From: a virus
Taxonomy: Duplodnaviria > Heunggongvirae > Uroviricota > Caudoviricetes
IMG/VR virus record: IMGVR_UViG_3300028584_001240
Direction: 5' to 3' (one strand)
DNA: 64,000 nt
This document shows positions 9,964 through 22,005 of this stretch, piece after piece (the first letter of the stretch is position 1; each line of letters begins with the position of its first letter). The notes under the pieces were generated by a model, which was given only the letters and a program-made list of their open reading frames with translations, ran no database searches and was not told the origin of the DNA. The position numbers and the translations under genes are program-made.

Positions 9964-10569
9964 ATGAAAAAAATGTTAAACAAAGAAGCACTACTCCATA
10001 AAATAAAAGAAAAAAGTACAAAGTTTCTAGAAATAAAAAATCCGGGTGAATTAAATTGTACACCAGAAGGAAACGTTATTGATTTTAATAATATATCATA
10101 CATTAGATTACATAAAGGTCTTTTTATCATCAATAAACACACCGCCAAAAGCTTTTTTAACATTGCTTTTGAAGGTGAAGAAGACGAATATTTAGAAAAA
10201 ATTATCGAAATTTTTAATATATACGCTCATTTTGATTACTTTTTGTATACACCTAAAGACGATGGTTTTAATGTTTACAGCAAAGGTTTTGAAGCGAACT
10301 ATATAGAAAGGAAAATTAAAAAAGAACCTGAAATTGAACAAAAAGAAGGCGTATTTTATTCCAACCTTTGTAAAGAAATATCGCTTGGGCCAATGATGGA
10401 ATGTACATTAGGTATGAAAAATACAGCTTATAGTTATAAAGAGTTATATGAAAACGTCATCTATCCACAATTTCAAGAAATGCTGAAAGAAAGCATTGGA
10501 TTAGAAATTACGCACATGAGCCAGTTTGATGACCGGGCTTTTGAACTATTAAAGATGGCAAGAATTTAA
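9964..10569 (+). CDS. hypothetical protein, C-terminal tail family (ends ...RAFELLKMARI)
   Basis: 201 aa. Met at -4 and Ile at -1, as in the big family. Confidence 0.5.
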   Translation: MKKMLNKEALLHKIKEKSTKFLEIKNPGELNCTPEGNVIDFNNISYIRLHKGLFIINKHTAKSFFNIAFEGEEDEYLEKIIEIFNIYAHFDYFLYTPKDDGFNVYSKGFEANYIERKIKKEPEIEQKEGVFYSNLCKEISLGPMMECTLGMKNTAYSYKELYENVIYPQFQEMLKESIGLEITHMSQFDDRAFELLKMARI

Positions 10570-10594
10570 CCACATTGCTGAACAGGAGGTAACC

Positions 10595-10930
10595 ATGTTA
10601 AATGCATTAAGGTATGTGTGGTCATTGTATGATTACTATACAAAGTTTAAACAATCCAGCGATTTCTTCATGCATGATGAATTATTGACGATTACACGTC
10701 TGCGAAATATGAACGGATTGATTGTTGACAGTCGCGGTGAACTTGGATGTTCCTCAATATCCATCAGTTCAAAATATGTAACATTGGACACACCACAAGC
10801 AACACTAGATTTATTTTTCAATAAGTCATGGCTCGAAGTGAAAGCTAAATATCCACGTAGACATTGGTATTATCAAATGGAAAAAAGAATGATTAATTAC
10901 CAACGTTCAAAAAATAAAAATGTAAAATAA
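10595..10930 (+). CDS. hypothetical protein (111 aa)
   Basis: Strong SD: caggaggtaaccATG. Confidence 0.5.
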   Translation: MLNALRYVWSLYDYYTKFKQSSDFFMHDELLTITRLRNMNGLIVDSRGELGCSSISISSKYVTLDTPQATLDLFFNKSWLEVKAKYPRRHWYYQMEKRMINYQRSKNKNVK

Positions 10931-10934
10931 ATAA

Positions 10935-10970
10935 AAAAGGCACCTAAGATAATTAGAATGCCTTTTTTTT
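10935..10970. terminator. hairpin + T8 (aggca...tgcct tttttttt), bidirectional terminator candidate
   Basis: Read directly between convergent genes. Confidence 0.45.
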
Positions 10971-10981
10971 GTAAACAATTT

Positions 10982-11791
10982 TTAAATAGCAGTCATCAAT
11001 AACAAATCTATTTTATCGGCAATATTTTCTTGTGGTATATCTAAAAATTCTTGATAAAATCCATTATGAAGATTACTCACATACATCATCAATATTTCAT
11101 CTGTAAAAACATCAATATCATGATCAGTAAAAAGGGTGCTGGCTTCTATAATATCTTCCAAGGTCACTAAGCCAGCTAAACTTTCTGGAAGTTTATATAC
11201 CTTTTTATCTGATAGGCTAAAATATAATGAAAAGGGTTGAGTATGATTAAAAAAACGGACTGTTGGAAATAAAGCTATCTTTCCATCGCGGGTTATTGAA
11301 AAGTTTCTAATGAATTCATATTGTCCAACATTTCTATAAGACCGACTAACACATGATGTTATACCATATTTATGGCTATCTTTTTCCAACATGTATGTTT
11401 TTGCAAAAGTATAAAATTCATGAGGCTTTATATCACTACTCAATTTCAATAATCTTGAGAAATTGGTGTTTTTTTGAAAAGAATTAAGAGCTTCATTGAT
11501 AAAATTAAAATCTTTTCTTGATGTTTTATGAATTTGAAACATTTGATTGAACTTGTCTAGATAAGAAAGATCTTTGAGACAAATTGAATGGAAAAGAGGT
11601 TGTCCCGGTGAAATACCGAAACTGAAAAATGGTTTATTTATATTAATGGGGTTCTTATGTTTTTTAAACAAAATATGAACTTGAGTGTCCATCATAGGAT
11701 ATTGTTCATATTCAAAAAATGTTGTTTTTGTTGTTTTGGTATTAAATGCCCCAGAAACAGCATTCCGAAAATTTTCCATAATAAGCTCCAA
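10982..11791 (-). CDS. C-terminal tail family protein (269 aa; ends ...DKIDLLLMTAI)
   Basis: ORF table. Tail motif with M at -4 and I at -1. Confidence 0.55.
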   Translation of the reverse strand: MELIMENFRNAVSGAFNTKTTKTTFFEYEQYPMMDTQVHILFKKHKNPININKPFFSFGISPGQPLFHSICLKDLSYLDKFNQMFQIHKTSRKDFNFINEALNSFQKNTNFSRLLKLSSDIKPHEFYTFAKTYMLEKDSHKYGITSCVSRSYRNVGQYEFIRNFSITRDGKIALFPTVRFFNHTQPFSLYFSLSDKKVYKLPESLAGLVTLEDIIEASTLFTDHDIDVFTDEILMMYVSNLHNGFYQEFLDIPQENIADKIDLLLMTAI

Positions 11792-11812
11792 AAATAATGA
11801 ATCATAATAACA

Positions 11813-12604
11813 TTATATACTATTCATTTCAACCAAGTTCATCATTTCAGCGTAATTAGAACAACTGTCAAAAATACTCTCAACCAGTTTCCTGTCGTTA
11901 AGGAGACTGTCAATATAGTAAAAGAAAATATCGTATGTCCAATTACTATCAATTGAAGTCTTTAAATCATTAATCTCAACACCATTATCGAACAATTGTT
12001 CAAAGGTCAATAAACACCTATCAGCATTGTTTCCACTAAACGTTGAAATATTCGCTGCTTTATTCAGTTCAGGCGATAGCAAAATTGAATAGGTCTTTTG
12101 TTTTAAAGAGATATCCAACACTAAGATTGGGCGAAATTTTCCAGAATTATCTAATACCATTCGCTTGTCATAAGAATAATAGAAGTTATGTCTTTTCGGT
12201 GAGTGATAAAGGTCTATATCTGATAATGTGCATGAATTATAAAACATATGCTCAACTCGCTGGTTAACAGTGACGACTCGATGAATGGATTTTAAATCAA
12301 AATCACCCTTGGTTTTAATCATATGAACAAGGGCATCATTCAAACAAAAAGATGAAAATGCTTTTTTGAGTAGCTTGTTTTCTTCTCGGGTATACATAAT
12401 ATCTGGAATACATGATAAATAGACATCTTCATTATAAAAAACTGAACGCGAAAGAACCTTCCCATGAAAATTTAACAAGGCGACTGGCTCATTGTTCTGA
12501 TGTGTTAATGAAAGTGTTGAACTGTTTAAAAATGTGGCCGAAACAAAATGACCATCAAAGGTTTTAGAAACAGCGTCAAGAAGCGTCTGGTTAATGTTTG
12601 ACAT
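11813..12604 (-). CDS. C-terminal tail family protein (263 aa; ends ...NLVEMNSI)
   Basis: ORF table. Tail motif. Confidence 0.55.
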   Translation of the reverse strand: MSNINQTLLDAVSKTFDGHFVSATFLNSSTLSLTHQNNEPVALLNFHGKVLSRSVFYNEDVYLSCIPDIMYTREENKLLKKAFSSFCLNDALVHMIKTKGDFDLKSIHRVVTVNQRVEHMFYNSCTLSDIDLYHSPKRHNFYYSYDKRMVLDNSGKFRPILVLDISLKQKTYSILLSPELNKAANISTFSGNNADRCLLTFEQLFDNGVEINDLKTSIDSNWTYDIFFYYIDSLLNDRKLVESIFDSCSNYAEMMNLVEMNSI

Positions 12605-12606
12605 TG

Positions 12607-13521
12607 TTAATACGTCAACATCTCAGTTACTTTCAATCGACCAATCAACTCGGATCTTGGTAAGGTCATCATTAATTTTTTCTCCTTCAATTTTAAGTTT
12701 TCAGCTCTACCAATAATATTGACCACACACTTTATGAATTTAGCATTAAATTTCTCAAATAGCTCATCAATAGAAGCTTCCATATTATCAGAAAACATAG
12801 GAACTGCATACTTAAATTTTAAAGTTGATAAGACAGGTAGGTTAAACAAAAACCCCGGCACGAATGCTCCTTTATCATCTCTCATCAATACAATTTCTAC
12901 TTTGGCCGGAGAAAATGAAAAGCTCGTTTGTTTTCTTGAGTTCTCAGTCTTTGAAAGATAACCATAATAAGATTTGCACAAACGTTGCTCTTTTGTATCT
13001 TTGTAAGTTTTAGTCTTCACAAAAAAATCTTTCAACTGTTGTGGAATAGCACTTTTTTCAAACTTTTCAAAGAATTCAAATTCATTAGTTTCTTTAATAT
13101 AACGATCAATAACCGTTTCCATAATGTAGGATGGAAAATCACGACTAGCCATCAACTGTTCAAATAAGGTGAGAACAACTTTACTTTTATCAATCTTATC
13201 ATTAAAAATTGAATAAACAGCTTGACCATCATACACATTGTTATAAACTCGTAAGTATTTATTATCAAAGGGCTTTGGCCCAGTCTCAAGGATAATTCTG
13301 AATCCATAAGTTTGATAGGGGTCATTAATTTCAATAGGATAAGTTTTAGGCCCATACTTATCAACCAGTATAGCTCTAATTTGTTTTATAAGTGGATCAT
13401 ATTCTTTCATAGCGGCCTCTTGTTTTTCTTTATTATCTTTTGTTGCTTGATTAAAAGTAGTCACTTTGACAGCACCACTGTTGATACTGCTAAGTAAGGC
13501 TGTTAGATCAATATTTTTCAT
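12607..13521 (-). CDS. C-terminal tail family protein (304 aa; ends ...LKVTEMLTY)
   Basis: ORF table. Tail motif. Confidence 0.55.
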   Translation of the reverse strand: MKNIDLTALLSSINSGAVKVTTFNQATKDNKEKQEAAMKEYDPLIKQIRAILVDKYGPKTYPIEINDPYQTYGFRIILETGPKPFDNKYLRVYNNVYDGQAVYSIFNDKIDKSKVVLTLFEQLMASRDFPSYIMETVIDRYIKETNEFEFFEKFEKSAIPQQLKDFFVKTKTYKDTKEQRLCKSYYGYLSKTENSRKQTSFSFSPAKVEIVLMRDDKGAFVPGFLFNLPVLSTLKFKYAVPMFSDNMEASIDELFEKFNAKFIKCVVNIIGRAENLKLKEKKLMMTLPRSELIGRLKVTEMLTY

Positions 13522-13536
13522 TATTAATATCCTATC

Positions 13537-14316
13537 TCAAATATGATGCATTGCAATGATGGAAAGGTGATCTTCAAAAGATTCCTTGTTAAGAGCTTTA
13601 AAGCCTGCTTCATCAATATCAAATAATTTTTTGAAAAGAGTTTGAACAATAGGATCGATTTCATTTTTGACTTTTGTCAAAAAGCCAGCAAGATTGTTCT
13701 GCATGGTGTGAGCACTAGACAAATGAATATCATGATCAATAGAACCAAACTTAATTTTAATATAAGGATACGAAGTAAATTGACCATCACGATATTGAAA
13801 CATCAGTTTAGTGGTCATCATGATCATTGAATTTTGAACTTTGTATAACTTAGCATTCAAAAAATGGTTTGAATAGCTTCTCATCGCATAAAAATAAGAA
13901 TGTGAGCTGTACGATCTAATGAAACCAAACTGTGATTTAAAGAGGTTCTTATCATGAAAATCTGAAGACTTTAATAAACTGTATTTGGTCGTAAAGTCTA
14001 AAAACCCCTTATTAAAATCTTTGATGAATGAATCAGCATCTTTATGCATAAGCATTTGAGATAGCTCATCAAGAAATGTTTCATTGATATCCGTTGAGAT
14101 GTGAATCGTCTTTTTATCTTGTCGATTAACATAGACATAAATAAATTTGTGCTCATTATTGACGCACACAGTAAATTTAATGACATCAGACTGACCCATA
14201 TCAACTTTATGTTTAATATTGGTTCCAATCACATCAAGATTAAATCTTTCTTTCAATAGATGACTAAAATCCTTCTTAATGACCAAAAGGTGATTGACTT
14301 CTTTTTTACTTGTCAT
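13537..14316 (-). CDS. C-terminal tail family protein (259 aa; ends ...LSIIAMHHI)
   Basis: ORF table. Tail motif. Confidence 0.55.
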   Translation of the reverse strand: MTSKKEVNHLLVIKKDFSHLLKERFNLDVIGTNIKHKVDMGQSDVIKFTVCVNNEHKFIYVYVNRQDKKTIHISTDINETFLDELSQMLMHKDADSFIKDFNKGFLDFTTKYSLLKSSDFHDKNLFKSQFGFIRSYSSHSYFYAMRSYSNHFLNAKLYKVQNSMIMMTTKLMFQYRDGQFTSYPYIKIKFGSIDHDIHLSSAHTMQNNLAGFLTKVKNEIDPIVQTLFKKLFDIDEAGFKALNKESFEDHLSIIAMHHI

Positions 14317-15125
14317 ACTTTTAACATCTCCAATACTTTAAAGTCATTAATCGAACCGTTAGCTTCACTGCTAATGCCAGCAACATTAAATTGATTGACA
14401 TAGAAAGTGTATAATTCAGGTGTTAGTTTATTCATGAAATCATTAATATAATCATTAAGTCCAACTAAGGTTGGGTTTTTATTAATAGCTACATTTCTAA
14501 CAATATCAACTGATGAAATAATGCTTATTGTTGTTGTGCTCAAATCCGGGTGCTCAGTATTTAATCTATAATGGTTAGTATCTAACAAATTAACAAACTG
14601 ACCAGAGTGTTCATCAATAAAGAATCGAGTTTTTCCAAATCCACGTAAATTGATACACAGATCAATAATGGGTTTAATTTTAAAATCTTCGGTCACCACA
14701 TAACCTAATTCGGTAAACAACATATTCCATGCATTCGTGTAATAGAACATAGGAGAGAGCGTTATTCTTTTTCCTACTATTTTCGACCTATTGAAAGTAT
14801 CAGCCTCAAAGAAAATAGGGTCTTTAAAAATAATTTTTGAAATCTCATGGTTAAACAAACTATCTGAAATCATTTGACACGTCTTAAAACTATCAAATTG
14901 TGTAAAAATAGAGTTGGCTGTCTCACGGAAATCAGGATCGGTTAATTTGTAGTAAGAAAATTTATGAGTTTCACTGTCATATCCAAAGTTAAGCACTTTA
15001 CTCATTGTCACATTGTTAAAAAGATAAAATGTCTGTTTGTCTTCATGAAAATCAAGAGAATAATCATCACCCAGTATTAAGCTGAATGCTTGTTTAATGC
15101 TATCAATGGTAGTGAATTCATTCAT
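14313..15125 (-). CDS. C-terminal tail family protein (270 aa; ends ...FKVLEMLKV)
   Basis: ORF table. 4-nt overlap with the downstream gene. Confidence 0.55.
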   Translation of the reverse strand: MNEFTTIDSIKQAFSLILGDDYSLDFHEDKQTFYLFNNVTMSKVLNFGYDSETHKFSYYKLTDPDFRETANSIFTQFDSFKTCQMISDSLFNHEISKIIFKDPIFFEADTFNRSKIVGKRITLSPMFYYTNAWNMLFTELGYVVTEDFKIKPIIDLCINLRGFGKTRFFIDEHSGQFVNLLDTNHYRLNTEHPDLSTTTISIISSVDIVRNVAINKNPTLVGLNDYINDFMNKLTPELYTFYVNQFNVAGISSEANGSINDFKVLEMLKV

Positions 15126-15886
15126 TAGATATTTTCCATAGTCATTAGTGTTAGATAACTTTTAATATCATCCTCAGAAAAACAGGTTATATCATCAAGA
15201 CAAAATTTTTCTGAAATAGTTGATGAAGCGTTTTTTAAAACAACAGCGTAAATGTTGCTGCACATTTTATTAACTCTATTCAAAAAGTCTTCGTCATCCT
15301 TTAAATCAAGAGAAATGGAATGAGCCGTAATAACAAATTGGATCATCTTACTAGATTTTAAAACGGAACCATCCAAATAGTAATAAGGTTTACTTTTAAG
15401 ACGTGCGTTCATGAAAGAAAATTCATTAAAATGGCTTTCAAATGAAATTTTACCTTGCAACATTTCTTTATGAATACAATATTTACTTTTTCTTTTTTTA
15501 TCATGGTAAATTTCACCCATAGGCTGAGCATTAAATTTAATATGCACTGAACCTACCTGAAATTCACTAAGAATGGCGTTGATAGAGTCTTTAATAAGAT
15601 GTAGTTGTTCATTTTCTTGTTTAGACATGAAAAACCAATAGAAGTCTCGAATCAGTCCGGGGTTGGCACTGGATTTAATAATAATTTCTTGAGTGTTGTG
15701 TAAATAATCTGCAGAAATAGAGTGCAATTTATTTTTTTCTGTTTTGTAGTAACAGGTAATAATAGATCCTGCTTGATCCGCATTGTCTTCAATAGAAAAA
15801 GAATCTAATTCACGAACTAAAACATCAACAATAAATTTTACAATATTGTTTTTAATAAACGTAGAATTGTCTAATAAAGTTGACAT
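15125..15886 (-). CDS. C-terminal tail family protein (253 aa; ends ...YLTLMTMENI)
   Basis: ORF table. GGAGA SD upstream. 1-nt overlap with the neighbour. Confidence 0.55.
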   Translation of the reverse strand: MSTLLDNSTFIKNNIVKFIVDVLVRELDSFSIEDNADQAGSIITCYYKTEKNKLHSISADYLHNTQEIIIKSSANPGLIRDFYWFFMSKQENEQLHLIKDSINAILSEFQVGSVHIKFNAQPMGEIYHDKKRKSKYCIHKEMLQGKISFESHFNEFSFMNARLKSKPYYYLDGSVLKSSKMIQFVITAHSISLDLKDDEDFLNRVNKMCSNIYAVVLKNASSTISEKFCLDDITCFSEDDIKSYLTLMTMENI

Positions 15887-15937
15887 GAATTAAATCTCCA
15901 AAATATGGCACAATTATACCATATTTTTAGGGTTAAA

Positions 15938-16771
15938 TCAATAAGCAGCCATTTCTGTTACAATGACATAATCAACAAGTTGTTGCATAGAGTATTCGGT
16001 AACTTCACCTAACGATTCATGGTCTTTAAGTCTAAGATTACGTTTAATGATATCATACAATTGGGAGCGAATACAGCGTTCATATTTATAAACTAACAAT
16101 TGAACGTCATCTTCACTAATACCTTTATTAGCATCCACCATAATAGTCAACTTAATATCAGCTAACAATGGGATGTTTAAAACATAAACAGGCAACAATT
16201 CACCTGTATAAGTAGACATATTTAAACTCATGGTACACACTGAATAGGCTGCTTTACTTTTTCTATTGCTAAATCGACGGCGTTGTTCAGCTTTACGACT
16301 ACGAGCTGAATAATAGAACATTGCCAAATGTTTTTTACTCGTTGATTTTCTTCGATGATTATCATCAGAAGTTAATGAATCAATGGATAAATCTTTTGGG
16401 TGATATTCCACAGAGTCAAACTGATTCCATTTTAACCCTGCTTCAAAAAACTTCTGAATAATAGCTTGAAGGTAGTTTTCATCCACAACAGGATCTTTAA
16501 AAAGTGTTGAATAAAGGTTCTTGTAGTCATCAATAGAACCATCCATGCCTACTTTTAAAAAGTTACCATTTTCACACGGTAACACGTAGGCATTAAGGAT
16601 GTTATAAGCACTCGATTTGTAACCTGTCTTTCTATTTTTAAAAATTGAAAAACCATCGTGTCCATAATCAACAGTGTATTGTTCAAAAGGGCGGTCCAAA
16701 CCATCTGACAGCACTGTTTTAGCATGATCTAACAGTGGCTGACAGATTTCTTTTGAATTGAGTTTAGACAC
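15938..16771 (-). CDS. C-terminal tail family protein (277 aa; ends ...VIVTEMAAY), GTG start directly abutting serS stop
   Basis: GTG at RC 16769-16771 with GGAG 8 nt upstream. serS TAA occupies 16772-16774. Confidence 0.55.
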   Translation of the reverse strand: MSKLNSKEICQPLLDHAKTVLSDGLDRPFEQYTVDYGHDGFSIFKNRKTGYKSSAYNILNAYVLPCENGNFLKVGMDGSIDDYKNLYSTLFKDPVVDENYLQAIIQKFFEAGLKWNQFDSVEYHPKDLSIDSLTSDDNHRRKSTSKKHLAMFYYSARSRKAEQRRRFSNRKSKAAYSVCTMSLNMSTYTGELLPVYVLNIPLLADIKLTIMVDANKGISEDDVQLLVYKYERCIRSQLYDIIKRNLRLKDHESLGEVTEYSMQQLVDYVIVTEMAAY

Positions 16772-18052
<1,281 letters not shown>

Positions 18053-18090
18053 TCAAATATTCGATATTCTAACACAGTAATACTATTTAT

Positions 18091-18855
18091 TCAATAGCGT
18101 TCGATAGCCAAAACTGGATAGTAACTCATAATCTCTTCGTTACTTAATGCATTTACTTGAGTATGCGTTAAATTATATAGACGAATAATTGTACCTAAAA
18201 TTTGTGTCTGATGGAGGTCATTAAATTGAGTGGCAAAAGTATGCATCTGCATTTTAACTAAACTATCCTGTTCACTTTTCTTCTGAAACCAAAAATCCAT
18301 ACCAAATGACATGAAGTGAAATTCATCATTAAGATAAAATTGATTATTCTCAAATATAAATTTAGCTATTTTATAAACCTTAAAAGTCTCAAAAGGTGTT
18401 GTAACTTCGGCATGAATAGTTTTATCCATCATGAGCGTTTTCCATGAACCAAATTTCAATATTCTTTTTGCAAAAGGTAAAACATTTATGTTTGAGATGA
18501 TTTTTAGTTGCTCGCTGTATTCACTTGCAGCCTTCATAAATAATGAAAAAGAATCTGTGCTTTGTTCACTGCAGTGTTTAATAAATTTATTATAAAGTGG
18601 CAAATATTTTTTGTTATCAATATCTAAGGTAATGTTATTTACTACATAATCACCTTTTTTAACATTATTATTGATAGTAAATCGAAAAATAGGCTTAGCT
18701 TTACTCGTATTGACATCTAAGCAACAAATTGTCCTACCACCAGTATACTGACCCAACCCAGTGCGGGTATGGAAAATAACAGAGCCTTTCATATTTTTTT
18801 CAAAGAAAGGTCTTAACTCTGAGATCATTGCTTGACATAATTCATTATCGTTCAT
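18091..18855 (-). CDS. C-terminal tail family protein, subfamily A paralog 1 (254 aa; ends ...SYYPVLAIERY)
   Basis: Shares PKFIFENNxFYL and SYYPVL blocks with the next two genes. Confidence 0.6.
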   Translation of the reverse strand: MNDNELCQAMISELRPFFEKNMKGSVIFHTRTGLGQYTGGRTICCLDVNTSKAKPIFRFTINNNVKKGDYVVNNITLDIDNKKYLPLYNKFIKHCSEQSTDSFSLFMKAASEYSEQLKIISNINVLPFAKRILKFGSWKTLMMDKTIHAEVTTPFETFKVYKIAKFIFENNQFYLNDEFHFMSFGMDFWFQKKSEQDSLVKMQMHTFATQFNDLHQTQILGTIIRLYNLTHTQVNALSNEEIMSYYPVLAIERY

Positions 18856-18873
18856 TTTTTGTGTTTCCTATCA

Positions 18874-19632
18874 TTAATAACGTTCCATTGACAATACTGG
18901 GTAATAAGACTGGAACTGTTTATCAGTCCAAAGACCAAACTCAGTAAAAGGCACATCATACAGTTCATTAATTTTTGAAGTAATAATTTCATAGTGATCT
19001 TCATAAAATTTATGAGCAAATTCTTTAACTTCAACCTTCATGACATCTACGTCTTCTGTTTTTTGAGCAAACGTATAGTGTTGACCTAGTGAAGTAAAAC
19101 TAAACTTATCATGTAAATAAAATTTATTATTTTCAAAAATAAATTTAGGTGTCTTATGAATGTTGATAACTTCAAAAGGAGTTGTCATAATGGCATGGAC
19201 AGCAAGATCCACTCTAATATAGTCACCATCTGCAATCAACTTTCTTTCCTCAAATGGCAATACATCAATAGCAGTTATTAATTTTAAATGATCAGTCTGT
19301 TTAAGTGTTTCATTCATAAACAAATTAAATGAATTAGAACTGTATTGGCTACACACAGCTATGAATTTATTCAATATGTTTAAATGTTTTTCATCGTGGA
19401 CTTTTATTTCGATAGATTTAAACTTTTGATCATAGATCCTTCTGTCTTTCATAATAATAAAAGATAATAAAAGTTGTCCGGTAGAGGACTGCATATGTAA
19501 AATATCCAAAGAAATACCATTAGGCTTAGTATTATTTAATGAAGCCTTAAACATAACAGGATAATTAAGATGTCGAGCCGCAAACAAGCTTAAAACTGAT
19601 TTCATACTCTCAACCAGTTGTTCTGTTGTCAT
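18874..19632 (-). CDS. C-terminal tail family protein, subfamily A paralog 2 (252 aa; ends ...SYYPVLSMERY)
   Basis: Paralog by eye. Confidence 0.6.
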   Translation of the reverse strand: MTTEQLVESMKSVLSLFAARHLNYPVMFKASLNNTKPNGISLDILHMQSSTGQLLLSFIIMKDRRIYDQKFKSIEIKVHDEKHLNILNKFIAVCSQYSSNSFNLFMNETLKQTDHLKLITAIDVLPFEERKLIADGDYIRVDLAVHAIMTTPFEVINIHKTPKFIFENNKFYLHDKFSFTSLGQHYTFAQKTEDVDVMKVEVKEFAHKFYEDHYEIITSKINELYDVPFTEFGLWTDKQFQSYYPVLSMERY

Positions 19633-20385
19633 TTAACAAACCTCCATCGCTAATACAGGGTAATAAGACATCAATAATTCTGGCGACCAATTAGAAACTT
19701 CATCAACAGGTGTATTATAGAGTTCACTCAATGCAGTAGTTATATAGAGAAAACATTTATTATAGAATAAATCGGCAAACTTTGAAACGTAATCATTAAT
19801 ATATTTTTCATTATTTTCTGTTCTTTTCATGAACTTAAAATTACCAACTTCCGAAGAAAATACAAATTCAGGATTAATATAGAATTTATTTTTTTCAAAG
19901 ATAAATCTAGGTCTTTGTTCTATTTCAATAGTTTCAAAGGCTGTTTCAAGGTTTGCATAAATTTGTGGATCGATAACACCATGCAATTTTGATGAATACT
20001 GAATAGTGCTGGAATCTTGTAGTATATTGACAGCTTTGATAAATTTCAAATGATTGCTTTGTCTAATCATAGCGTCCACAAATAATGAAAATGAATTAAA
20101 CCCATCAACACAATATTCCTTTACAAACAAATTATAGATGCCTAAATATTTTTGGTCACCAATCACTATATTAATTGAATGTCTTTTAGCCTCATTTGTC
20201 GATTCAAGAATAAAACTGAAAATAATGCTTCCTGATGCAGTGAGGACACGAACATCAGGAAAAAGATTATGACTGCCAACATTACCATTAGTCCGTTTCT
20301 GGAAAAAGACAGGTTCGAGCACATTATCTTTAAAAAATGGCTTTATTTTGGCTATAATTGAATCACATAAATCATTTATATTCAT
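19633..20385 (-). CDS. C-terminal tail family protein, subfamily A paralog 3 (250 aa; ends ...SYYPVLAMEVC)
   Basis: Paralog by eye. Abuts the previous gene and overlaps the next by 4 nt. Confidence 0.6.
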   Translation of the reverse strand: MNINDLCDSIIAKIKPFFKDNVLEPVFFQKRTNGNVGSHNLFPDVRVLTASGSIIFSFILESTNEAKRHSINIVIGDQKYLGIYNLFVKEYCVDGFNSFSLFVDAMIRQSNHLKFIKAVNILQDSSTIQYSSKLHGVIDPQIYANLETAFETIEIEQRPRFIFEKNKFYINPEFVFSSEVGNFKFMKRTENNEKYINDYVSKFADLFYNKCFLYITTALSELYNTPVDEVSNWSPELLMSYYPVLAMEVC

Positions 20386-21119
20386 ATTTTGTGCATCTCT
20401 AATAGTTGAACATATCGAACAATATCTTCATCTAATACTTCTTTTGGATCAAGCGTTATTTTTAAATTCTGCCGAATCCTATTAATAATAGATGATCTTG
20501 ATAAATTATAAAGACCTTTCTCTAAATCCTCATAATAAGATGGATGGTTATCCAATAATTGTGGGTGAGAACTGATGATTTTGTCAGAGAAATGAACAGA
20601 GCAATTTAATCGAAGGTCAAGATATAACTCTTTATTGTAAATAGTAAATACGCAATCATGTCGAATAGTTGTTAAGCCTAATACAGACGTGAACTTTGCC
20701 ACATTAGTTCCTGACAATTTATTAAAATCATTAACTCGGTTCACCCGATCAGATGTAAAAAGGTTAAAGATATTGTCTTCTGATTCGAGTTTGGTCATTT
20801 TGAATAATGATAATTGTTCATGTATGTTTTCAAACATTTTAATAATACGAGCATAGTGAGAATCAACTCGTTTAGCTTTCTTAACCATTTCACGTAAGTA
20901 AAGCTCACCTTCACCATCATAATGGTAAACGTTTAAGATAGGCAAGATGCCTTGTCTATCATTGATATAAATAATAAGTAAGTGTTGTTTCTTGTTGCCA
21001 GTATAAATACTCACTGTAAAAACTGGATTCACAGCCGGTACTTCTTCGACAACAACATCTACACTGAAATGTTCTTTAAAGAATTTAGTAAATACTGGAA
21101 TGATTAACTTTTTCAACAT
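20382..21119 (-). CDS. C-terminal tail family protein (245 aa; ends ...VQLLEMHKI)
   Basis: ORF table. Tail motif. Confidence 0.55.
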   Translation of the reverse strand: MLKKLIIPVFTKFFKEHFSVDVVVEEVPAVNPVFTVSIYTGNKKQHLLIIYINDRQGILPILNVYHYDGEGELYLREMVKKAKRVDSHYARIIKMFENIHEQLSLFKMTKLESEDNIFNLFTSDRVNRVNDFNKLSGTNVAKFTSVLGLTTIRHDCVFTIYNKELYLDLRLNCSVHFSDKIISSHPQLLDNHPSYYEDLEKGLYNLSRSSIINRIRQNLKITLDPKEVLDEDIVRYVQLLEMHKI

Positions 21120-21142
21120 ATCTGTAACTCCATCATTAAATT

Positions 21143-21952
21143 TTAAATTTTTGACATATCAATAACATCAATATAACTATCAAACAGTTCTTTACTAATA
21201 GTTTTAAGATCAATGTCCATATCCAAAAATTTTTTTCCAATACGATCTTTAAAGCTGTCATAAAAATAAGTGTAAAACATTCCCACTGATAATACCTCAG
21301 TTATACTGCTATTGGGGGAATGGACTAAAATAGGCGTTTCACCATTGTTATAAAATAAGAACGGACTTTGATCAAGAAACAATACCTTTGTCTGGAATGT
21401 AGCTGTAAACTCGCCATCGTCAAAGGATTGAGGAATACCACCTTTCAAATCAATTTTCTTAGTTTTAATAATCTTAGCGACAACTGGATTATAGGTAACA
21501 TTTTGAATGGCTACGTTAAACTTCTTATTAACAACAGAAGTATCCATATGGGAAAGCATAGAACTTGGTTTAAATTCTACATCACCCGTTTTGATAAATA
21601 AACCTACATCCAAACCTGCCTGAACATAGCTGTCATGAATCGCCTTCATGTAATTAAAATTAGTATTAAAGATTTTATCAAGGTAACGAAGCATACGAGC
21701 CGTCTTTTCTTCATCATCTTGTGTATTAAACGAAAAATGAAGTTCATAAGACTTAGAGTGACTGTTATTTTCCTTGGCAGTTTCTTCGATATAAAGAATA
21801 TCACCATTTTTATTAGGGATGCTCAACACGGAGAAAAATTTACGATCAAAAAATTTCGATTCACTGACTGATTTATCTTTATAGACAAAGCCTTCCGCAA
21901 ACAACTTGGCGGAATAATTTGAAGCAAATTGTTCTATAAATAGATTGTCCAT
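21143..21952 (-). CDS. C-terminal tail family protein (269 aa; ends ...YIDVIDMSKI)
   Basis: ORF table. Tail motif. Confidence 0.55.
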   Translation of the reverse strand: MDNLFIEQFASNYSAKLFAEGFVYKDKSVSESKFFDRKFFSVLSIPNKNGDILYIEETAKENNSHSKSYELHFSFNTQDDEEKTARMLRYLDKIFNTNFNYMKAIHDSYVQAGLDVGLFIKTGDVEFKPSSMLSHMDTSVVNKKFNVAIQNVTYNPVVAKIIKTKKIDLKGGIPQSFDDGEFTATFQTKVLFLDQSPFLFYNNGETPILVHSPNSSITEVLSVGMFYTYFYDSFKDRIGKKFLDMDIDLKTISKELFDSYIDVIDMSKI

Positions 21953-22005
21953 AGGATCTCCAATGAAAGATGACCCATTATATCATAAAAACATGTAAAA
22001 ATAAA